Under the pieces are notes generated by a model that made no database searches, had not been told where the DNA came from, and saw only the letters and a list, made by a program, of their open reading frames with translations. A program made the position numbers and the translations under genes. DNA of 64,000 nt, from positions 1 to 64,000 of the forward strand of contig NIVC01000473.1 in assembly GCA_002269645.1 (NCBI GenBank), read 5' to 3'. This document shows, piece after piece, positions 23,301 to 32,388 of the stretch (positions are counted from its first letter, which is position 1; each line of letters opens with the position of its first letter). This DNA is from Macrostomum lignano (taxonomy: Eukaryota).

Positions 23301-23913
23301 CTCTGAGCATAGCTCCACGGGCAAGTCGCCGTTCAAAGTTCTACGCGGCATGGAGCCCAGACTGCCAGTCGACTTGGCGCCCGGTGGGCAGCGCGACCAG
23401 CCGCAGGACTGCGCGGACCTGCAGGCGAGAATCAGGCGCGGCTTCCAGGTGGTGCGAGCGCACCTGCACACGGCCCAGAGATCGCAGCACGAGTTCTACA
23501 ATCTAGGGGCAGAGACTACCGACTTCAACACCGGTGACCGAGTGATGCTTGACGCACCATGCGATGAAGCGCGGCCAGTGCAAGACGCTGTCGAACCGGT
23601 GGTCCGTCCCGTTCATCGTCCTTAAGAAGGTTCAGTGAACTACCGGCTGCGGGCTGTGAACGGCAGGCCCTGGTTGCTGGTCCACCACGACCGCTTGAAG
23701 CACTTTATCGACCGACCGAATCTGAGCGACAGGCCGCCAGCCAAGCCGGCCACCGAGGACGACTGTCCGAGCGTCGAGGGCTCCGCGGGCCAGCTGGTCG
23801 GCCCGGACGCCTGGGAGCAGCTGCGCGACCCGAATGCGGCTGAACCCGGCAACGCGCTACGTCGGTCGGGCAGGCAGCGACGGCGGCCGGATTTTTACAC
23901 GGCGACCAGTTGA
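20350..23913 (+). pseudogene. Gypsy pol (protease, RT, RNase H, integrase), frameshifted
   Basis: Protease LLDTGAQTS. RT GFGMCNAPATYQR, AHIDDLII (Y of YxDD replaced by H) and YLGH. RNase H CDSSAVALGAVLSQ and ERNYSTTDRELLA, TDHKP. Integrase QIDIKGP, FVDTF and WDALLPYVVWAYN. In-frame stops at ~21455 and 21541. Confidence 0.9.
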
Positions 23914-24417
23914 CGAGCTTTCTGTCTGCTACTTGATTGGGACTTTTTCGTGTTGCATGAACCCTTTTTGTTGTTTTACTTTTGTTTTATTCCGTTTCTT
24001 ATCAAGCTCGCAGATCCTAAGCTGATTTGCGATCCCCTGGTCGAATGGTGGCTGCCTCGCAACTCCGAGGTAGACTAATCAGAGAGTTCCCCGGAAACTG
24101 CGAAGCAGCCACCGTTCACCGAACCGGAGATTGCAAAGAACTTGTAGTCTCCAGAAGAAACCCCTAAGGCCAGCCAGGAGACCGTACAGTCACTTTACAT
24201 CATCTTGACGAGTTACAAATTCTTACTAACAGTAGTTAGATAGATCATGCGTGTTTTACAAGCTTTATTTTACAAGTATTTTATTAACGCGAGGACTAGT
24301 GCACCCCGGGGGAAATGGTATAGTTAGCCAAACACGGAAGCAATATTGGCATTTGTGACGAGCGTATACTTCCTAACTTCTACAAACGAGATTCATCCAA
24401 TTACAGCAGTTCCACTC

Positions 24418-24431
24418 GTTGCCATAGCGAC
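24418..24431. promoter_or_regulatory. X-box motif GTTGCCATAGCGAC upstream of gene 6
   Basis: Full match to RTHNYY-WT-RRNRAC, about 152 bp upstream of the ATG. Confidence 0.6.
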
Positions 24432-24582
24432 GGCTTCAACAATGGTAGGTGAGACGCATTCTGTTTAACAGATTTGCTTATGGTGCTTTGCTTCAGCTCT
24501 GCTTTCTATTTAATTCTGCCGTAAAGTAGAAAGCCGTAACTAACACAGTAACCAAAATTTGCTTCTTACACATATCGACACA

Positions 24583-25890
24583 ATGTCCGTACGCGGAATT
24601 CTACTAGCTGCCACAGCAATTTTAGTTGCAACTTGTGGCGGCTCAGCTCAAGATAGAGATCTGCAACACGAGCTGCTGCAGTACTTGAAGAACAATATCA
24701 CCAACTATAGTCCGCTGCTGCGACCCACAATTAACGCCTACAAGCCTACGTACATCACTATGGATACATCCTTGACACAGCTGGTATCGGTAGACAGTGC
24801 CAAGCAAAGCGTCAAGATTGGCGCCGTTTTAATGGCCGGCTGGACTGAGGAGCGTCTGGTCTGGGATCCGGCCAAGTTTGGGAACCTAACCGTGATTAAC
24901 TGGGACAATTTGAATGTCTGGTTTCCTGTCATCCTCATCTATAATGGCATCGGAGACAACCAGATGCTCACTCCGCAGATGCCAGTGTATTTGATGTCGA
25001 TCCGACCCAACCTCACCAAAGTCGTCGCCGGGTGGCGTCGAGAGTTCGAATTCTCGTGTGAGTTCGACGTGAGCAAATTCCCCATAGACAGGCACGTCTG
25101 CGAGCTCGAGTTCTTCTTTAGCGACCAGGGCCATAACAACCAAATGCTGATTCCTTTCAAGAACAATATGAAGCCATTCCAAATAGACGGACTTTATCGA
25201 ACTAACAGCGAATGGAAGTTGTTGAATGCGTCGACGTCGTCCGAACGGAAGCCGTACAAACTCGTTCAAGGTGCACCGGATGTGCTTCTACCAACTTATG
25301 TGATCCGCCTGGAGATCGAGAGAGTCTCCGCCTACTACTTTATGAACATCATCACACCACTGCTACTGCTGACTCTGCTACAAGTGCTGGTATACTTTGT
25401 GCCCCTGGAGTCTGGCGAGAAGCTGGGATTCGGCATCACAATCATGCTCAGCTACACTGTGTTCCTTCTTCTGCTGGACAGCATCGTGCCCAAGTCGCAG
25501 ACAACACCAGCGATCGCTTCGTTCATCACGGCCGCTATGACCTTGTCGACGATATCTCTGCTACTAACGTCGCTAATTATGCGTCTGCACTTCGCTCCGG
25601 AGGGCAATCGGATGTCGGCCTGCATGCGTGCCGTTTTGATTGGCTTCTTGGCTCGAGTGTTCTGCGTTGGCGGCGCTGCCAAAATCCATAAGGTCGACGG
25701 AGCAGAGGACGTCGAGATCAAGAATGAGACTAGCATCGACAAAAAGAATGCTACTGACGAAGAGGACACTCCGGTTGTTCGATCCGATTGGGTGGTTGCT
25801 GCGCACGCTGTCGAACGACTCATGGTTGCTATGGGAGTGGCCGCGACCGCTGCTATTATTGGAGTTTTCGTTATCCAACCGTACACTTAA
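24583..25890 (+). CDS. nAChR-like Cys-loop receptor subunit (cluster gene 6), intact, single exon, 435 aa; recent duplicate of gene 5
   Basis: Uninterrupted ORF nearly identical to gene 5. The flanks 24185-24580 and 25890-26420 are homologous to 13600-13978 and 15270-15850. Confidence 0.95.
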   Translation: MSVRGILLAATAILVATCGGSAQDRDLQHELLQYLKNNITNYSPLLRPTINAYKPTYITMDTSLTQLVSVDSAKQSVKIGAVLMAGWTEERLVWDPAKFGNLTVINWDNLNVWFPVILIYNGIGDNQMLTPQMPVYLMSIRPNLTKVVAGWRREFEFSCEFDVSKFPIDRHVCELEFFFSDQGHNNQMLIPFKNNMKPFQIDGLYRTNSEWKLLNASTSSERKPYKLVQGAPDVLLPTYVIRLEIERVSAYYFMNIITPLLLLTLLQVLVYFVPLESGEKLGFGITIMLSYTVFLLLLDSIVPKSQTTPAIASFITAAMTLSTISLLLTSLIMRLHFAPEGNRMSACMRAVLIGFLARVFCVGGAAKIHKVDGAEDVEIKNETSIDKKNATDEEDTPVVRSDWVVAAHAVERLMVAMGVAATAAIIGVFVIQPYT

Positions 25891-26247
25891 TGACAGCTCG
25901 AGATTAGCCTGATGGGGCTTATGAAACTTACTGAAAATTGATTCTTAAATATTTATCAACCCTCTATCATTTTCTCTTTTAACTAAATCCGATAAAGTGT
26001 TTTGCATCATAAAGTGCACGGGTGCCTCTAGTTGTCTCTAGTGGCAATTACGAGCTTAGAACAAGAACAATGCAAAATGTCGGCTAAACTAATTATCAAG
26101 CTGAATAAGTGCGAGCATCTATAAAGAATGGCTCTTGCTCTCTTGTTGCACTGCCAATTCCTAACGAAATGAGTTTCAGAGGAAATTACCGGATTCGTCC
26201 CTCAATCATTCAATCAACTAAGCTTCAGTTTGCACCATTGCAAATGA

Positions 26248-26261
26248 GTTGCCATGGTAAC
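26248..26261. promoter_or_regulatory. X-box motif GTTGCCATGGTAAC downstream of gene 6
   Basis: Full match to the RFX palindrome, paralogous to 15663-15676. Confidence 0.55.
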
Positions 26262-27013
26262 CAACTTTTGGCAAAGACTCGGTAAACACTCAATAGAACT
26301 GTGGGCAGAGCTTTCAGCTAACCATGCATGCAGCAGGGCTATTGTTAATTAAATAAAATCACGAGCGAGCCTTTTGGGGACAGAGCTGCAGAGGGCGTGT
26401 GTTTGCAATGAAAACAGAACTTGGCTGGAATATGGACACGGCAGCCTGGGAACCTGCTGGGCACCTGCCAGTATATGCTATATATGAATTGTTAAATATT
26501 TACCTCAACACTCGGTGTTATATTTTTCTCTTCTAAGCCTTACTAGCATAGGAAATTGTTAGCATAGAAAACATTTTCTACAGTTAAAACAAAGGCCTGT
26601 TTTTAGACATGTCAAAAACAGCTATTGCATATCAGCATATTCGGCCATAAATCGATAGACACAATCGAGTTTATTAATCAAGCAAGCACTGTCAAAACAC
26701 AACACAAAAATGCCTGCGCACACATGATTGTGTTGTTAAAATCAGGTATAATTGCCGAGCTAAGAGTAGAGAAAGCGAAAACTGTATGATTGGAAGGAAT
26801 GTTCGATTTAAGATGTTTTATAGTTAGATCGAGCTAGAATACTTTAGAATTTGATCTGCATTTCAATCAAATACACACTTGCAATCGCTATATTCTTATA
26901 GTGTTCCAGTGCGCCAACCAATGTCATACGGTTAGTGTCGCAGCGTCCTTGGTATTGAAACTAGAATCGAACTGAACTGAAAGTTTTACTCTATATCGGG
27001 AAAAGCTCCCAGA

Positions 27014-29653
27014 TCACAGATTCGGGGTTGCTACGCCGACAGCTTTCAAAGAATCCTCCAGCGCTGCCAGAACCCGTTCGGCCACGGCCTCCGTGGCGTT
27101 GAGGCCCATCAGGCCGATGCGCCACACCTGGCCTGCGGTGGGGCCGAGACCGCCAGCGATCTCTACGGAGTGTCTGGCGGTTGGCAGGTGCGGGATAATC
27201 GTAGTGATTTATTACTTTAATAATGAGACACCCAGAGTGATAGAGGCTCAGGTCATCAAAATATATCAATCAAATATAGCAACTGAGGATCTGGGAGGCT
27301 GGCCCAGCAACTGAGGATCTGGGAGGCTGGCCCAGCAACTGAGGATCTGTGAGGTAGGCCCAGCAACTGACACTCTGGGAGGCTTGCCCAGCAACTGAGG
27401 ATCTGGGAGGCTGGCCCAGCAACTGAGGATCTGGGAGGCTGGCCTAGCAACTGAGAATCTGGGAGGCTGGTGCAGCAACTGGGGATCTGAGAGCCTGGCC
27501 TAGCAACTGGGGATCTGGGAGGCTGGCAACAACAACTGGGGATGTAAAAAGGCGGCGCTACTATACACAAACTAAAGAAAGCGCTCACTTGGCCATCGCG
27601 TGCTGAACAACAGCCTTCCAATCAACGCCCTCCGGCACAGCTATTGTGGTAACGGTTGGCGCCCGGTCCTGCGGTTTCGACACGAACAGCCGCTGCCCGA
27701 GGCGACCTTGGAGTCCGGCGCGTAGCTTGTCAGCGGCGCGCTCGTGTCGCTCCCACGCGGCTGGCAGGCCTTCGACGGCCACTAAGCGTAGCGCTTCGCG
27801 GGCGGCGTACACCAGACTGATCGGCGCCGTGTGGTGGTAGCGCCTGGCCGACACGGGCTGGTCAGGCGGCTCGGTGGTGCGGCAGCCCCAGTAGTTTGCC
27901 AGCTGGCTCGCGTCCAGGTAGAACGAAGGCGGCGGCACCTTGCGGCTGAGGATCTGCGGTTGAAGCCATTTAAGTTATACGGATGGTTGCTTAACTGATA
28001 ACAAGTCTCAGAGTCTTAATCACATCGTTGTGTCCCAACGCCTTCCTAATGTCTTAGTGTCCTAATGCTTGAGAGTCCTAATGCCTTTGTGTCCCAGTGC
28101 CTGAGTGTCCTAATGTCTGAGTTTCCTAGTCTTAGTGTCCTAATGTCTTTGTGTCCCAATGCCTTACGAGTAGTATCCCAATGCCTGAGTGTCCTAATGT
28201 CTGAGTTTCCTAGTCTTAGTGTCCTAATGTCTGAGTTTCCTAGTCTTAGTGTCCTAATGTCTGAGTTTCCTAGTCTTAGTGTCCTAATGTCTGAGTTTCC
28301 TAGTCTTAGTGTCCTAATGTCTGTGTGTCCCAATGCCTTAGTATCCCAATGCCTGAGTCCTAATCCTAATGAGTCCTAATGCCTGAGTCCTAATGTCTGA
28401 GTTTCCTAGTCTTAGTGTCCTAATGTATTTGTGTCCCAATGCCTGAGTGTCCTAATGTCTTAACTGCCTTTAATCATGTCTTAGTGTCCCAATGCCATAG
28501 CATATCTTAGTGTCTTAGCGCCTTAGGTTGCCATTATCTTAACGTATTAACTTATTAGTGACTTAATGTTCTAATGTTCTAGTGACTACTTAGTTACTAC
28601 TTACTGCTTACCGTTAGGGCCAAAAAACCACAAATCGCCTCAAAGTCAATATCGAAAACCCAAATCAAAGTAACTTGCACTGTCATTAGTGTCTTATGCT
28701 GTTCTGTTTTAGCACTTTACTTTATATTAACGTATGGCTCCGTAATGCTATATTGTGTAAATAGCATAGTGTGCGAATCGAATAGAGTTTCAATTCCGTC
28801 ATGTCGTAATGTCCAAATGTATCGATGCTTTAGTGCTCTCTTGTCATATAGTATCAATTTCACAACTATATTGATTGGGCTAATATCCAATAGTGTCTTA
28901 TGGCATCATGGCTTAGTTATAGTGTCTACTGAGAATAGTCAATATTCCTGTTGCTTAATGTCTAAGTGTCTGAATTCCTAACCTTCCTCCTAGCAGCCTC
29001 CGAGAAGGAGATTAGCCCCAGGCCGGGCGTGCAGCCCAAGCACTTCTGACTGCCGGTGTACACGCAGTCGATCAGCCAATCGTCAGTGAGCAGCGGAGCT
29101 CCTCCGGCAGCGGCAACGGAGTCTACAAGCAGCAGGGCGCCATGCTTGCGGCAGACGCCGCCCAGGTGTTCGAGCGGCTGCAGCGTGCCGGTGCTGCTTT
29201 CGCCGTGAACAACGAAGACAACGCTGGGCCTGTGCTGCTGAAGGGCCGACTCCAGCTGCTCGGGGGTGAACACGCTGCCAGGAGGCTGCGACAGCAGGAC
29301 AGGTTTCAGCGACAGGCGGCGGGACAGTTCAGCGAACCTGTCGCCCCAGATGCCGTTGCGACAGACTAAGACGGTTTCACCTGGCTCCAGGAGGTTCATG
29401 CAGGCCGCCTCCATGGCGCAGTGGCCTGGGTAGAAACCGGGTGTCTGTCTGTCTGTCTGTCTGCCCTGTGTGTCCGTCTGTCTGTGTGTCTGTCTGTCTG
29501 CCCTGTGTGTCCGTCTGTCTGTGTGTCTGTCTGTGTGTCTGTCTGTCTGCCCTGTGTGTCCGTCTGTCTGTCTGTGTGTCTGTCTGTCTGCCCTGTGTGG
29601 CCGTCTGTGCCTGTCTGTTTGTCTGTTTTTGTCTGTCTGTCTGTCTGCCTGTG

Positions 29654-29712
<59 letters not shown>

Positions 29713-30310
29713 GTGTGTGTGTCTGTCTGCCTGCGTGTGTGTGTGTCTGTCTGCCTGTCTGAGTATCTATCCAGAAAGCAGTCTCACCAGTTCCAGAGAT
29801 AGCAAAACTCCAATCGTTGTTGGTTTGAAAGAAATATCGAATTCCATCTTTCACGTCGTCCATTATCTGTGGCGTGGCAGATGCATGGCGGAAATAGCAT
29901 AATTAACGCTCCTGATATGCTTCTAATAAAAAATACTAAAAAACTCACTGTCCTTGCACCTGCTCAACATCTCCCTCAGTTCCTGTCTACTTTACTTCCC
30001 AGTTCCTGGTCACTCTCTCATTTACATGTAGTTCTTAGTCAGTTTCTCCTTCAGTCTGAAGTCACTCTTCTTCAGTCCCTACTCACTCTCTCATTTAGTT
30101 ATCAGTCACTATAAAAAACTGCCTAAAACGCAAAGGTACCTTGGTGAACTCAGGATGCAGATGTCCAAGCAGCGGTGCGGACAGGGCGGCAGACACTTCC
30201 GGGTGTTGATTAGACGGACCGGGACCCGTGAGCAATTTGTTAGGAATGCTCAAAGGGTTGAGCAGGCCTGCTGCCGCTCGAACCGTAAGATTTGGTAGTC
30301 GACAAGTCAT
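27014..30310 (-). CDS. AGXT: Alanine-glyoxylate / serine-pyruvate aminotransferase (class V PLP enzyme), 5 exons, ~405 aa
   Basis: Exons 30310-30140, 29866-29788, 29425-28983, 27953-27589 and 27173-27014, all GT-AG and in phase. Motifs [29 protein letters not shown] (PLP lysine), [20 protein letters not shown]. Confidence 0.93.
27278..27543. repeat. 28-bp minisatellite (caactgaggatctgggaggctggcccag) in AGXT intron 4
   Basis: Unit starts at 27280, 27308, 27336 and onward. Confidence 0.9.
28050..28480. repeat. 30-bp minisatellite (gtgtcctaatgtctgagtttcctagtctta) in AGXT intron 3
   Basis: Direct tandem copies visible. Confidence 0.9.
29440..29760. repeat. Compound (TCTG)n/(TG)n microsatellite filling AGXT intron 2
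   Basis: Direct inspection. Confidence 0.95.
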
Positions 30311-30729
30311 ACTGATTCAATAGAGCAGCATGCAAGATATATAATAATTACTTATTGTATTTATTGCTTTTTTAGCCCGATTTGTTTATATATAGACAAT
30401 TAAATAAACAACAAGGGATACACAAATTAGATCTTCCTAACGCTATCTGAGTCATAGTAGCTTGTATTCGTATATCACACTCATTGTTATCACCGTCATT
30501 GTTATAATGCATATGCATAACAGTGGATAGTAAATCTTAGGCAGTACTACGTTTGCTAACCCAAATGGGATCATTAGGGATATTTTGTGAGCCACAAACT
30601 CCAATGTAACCCTGAGACTTATGGGGACAAAACATACAGAATTTTTTAGAGAAGACGAGACTAACTAAATTTATGAAGTGTTATGAAAGCGTAGCATCAA
30701 AACGTAGCATGAGCTGGGCAGAATGAGAA

Positions 30730-31385
30730 ACAGAGTAAATTGGGCAGAGGGGGTGGAGCGCGCGACTGAGGAGAGGCCAGATCTAAGAACCAATCAGAAG
30801 GCAGTGAGGGAGAGAGATAAGAATAACCAGACTGAACTGGACAGAGAGAGAGAGAAAACAGAGTAAAAAGTGCCGAGGGAGGCTAGCGCGCGACTGGGGG
30901 AATGAGGCAAGATTGAAGAGCCAATCAGAAGGCAGTGAGGGAGAGATAAGAATAACCAGACTGAACTGGACAGAGAGAGAGAGAGAAAACAGAGTAAAGT
31001 GTGCCGAGGGAGGCTAGCGCGCGACTGGGGGAATGAGGCAAGATTGAAGAGCCAATCAGAAGGCAGTGAGGGAGAGATAAGAATAACCAGACTGAACTGG
31101 ACAGAGAGAGAGAGAGAAAACAGAGTAAAGTGTGCCGAGGGAGGCTAGCGCGCGACTGGGGGAATGAGGCAAGATTGAAGAGCCAATCAGAAGGCAGTGA
31201 GGGAGAGATAAGAATAACCAGACTGAACTGGACAGAGAGAGAGAAAACAGAGTAAACAGAGCCAAGGGGGTGGAGCGCGCGACCGAGGGAATGAGGCGAT
31301 TGAAGAGCCAATCAGAAGGCAGTGAGGGAGAGAGATAAAAAGACCGAACTGTACAGAGGGGGAGAAAATAGAGTAAACAGAGACG
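30730..31385. repeat. ~130-bp tandem repeat, ~5 copies, each with a CCAAT box and (GA)n, upstream of AGXT
   Basis: aatgagg marker at 30901, 31032, 31163 and 31290; gccaatcagaaggcagtgagggagag in each unit. Confidence 0.9.
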
Positions 31386-32388
31386 AGGGCAAATGAACTA
31401 TGACTAACATAGTTCGAGAAACTCGACCTAGCTCGTATTAAAGCTACGAGAAAAATTGAAAAAAAGAACTGCAAAATTTTCCTGACTTTGAAACTGAAGT
31501 AAATTCAAGGCATTTATTGTAATTAACAGCGATTAATTCATTTTAATATGACAAAATATACTTATAGCTTGAGTTAAGTGTTGATAAAGAAAATAATTAA
31601 TAATTACAACTACTTTACTACAAGTAGTATAGTTTTAATTTGAAAAGGTACAAAAAATGTGCATTTGAAAACATGACTCGGGAGCTGGATAACGAATGGT
31701 TAATTAACTTTATAAACGCGAGATAAAATGCAATATGTATTAGAAATAAAAATAATACCATTCATTACTATTGGTTGCTCCAATGACATAAGAAATGGTT
31801 AAGTTTACAGTGTTTTAGGTGTATGAATTTTAGGTGTATTCGGTTAGATTCTTATAAAAAGCTTCAATAAGACCACAGATACTAAAAAATCTAGATGGGC
31901 CACTCAACACATTTGCGTGTAAGCTACTGTCAGTTCAGTAGTAAATTAAACAAAAACATTTTAATGTAATTTTAAAGCCAAAGCTTATTTATTGGCTTCT
32001 CACCTCCAGCCTAAACCGCCTTTCCTCACTCCCCCCGCCCCGCCCCAATTTTTATTGCCTTTCTCGGAATTCCAGCGTAAAGCTACCATGTACATTTCAG
32101 TGGACTGGCTAATGTACATTATTGCTGAACCAATTAGCACTTTGTTTACGCCTGCTAGCTTGGGGTTTCTTAACTTATCAAAGTCATTTTAGCTGTCTTA
32201 TTTATAAAATAGCTTATGTATTCTTTTTTGCTACTGAACTGAAAGTAGAAAGCTATTTTTCTAAGTATATATGCCTGTGTGGCTCATCTAGTTATTTTAG
32301 AATCTGTGAATAAGACTATTGGGGGTTTAAGAAATATGCTGAAGTTAGAAGTACAATATTGAAATATGTCACAGTTCTTGAGAAATAG

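Larger units (their letters stand above)
19279..24185 (+). mobile_element. Ty3/Gypsy LTR retrotransposon, degenerate, 3' LTR absent
   Basis: Putative 5' LTR tgt...aca at 19279-19534, then PBS, gag and pol in the order PR-RT-RH-IN. Many frameshifts and stops. No repeat of the LTR at the 3' end. Confidence 0.9.

Noticed and set aside
29396-29902. Overlapping 110-155-aa ORFs (QTDR / VCLS repeats)
   Set aside because: Translation of a (TCTG)n microsatellite within AGXT intron 2.
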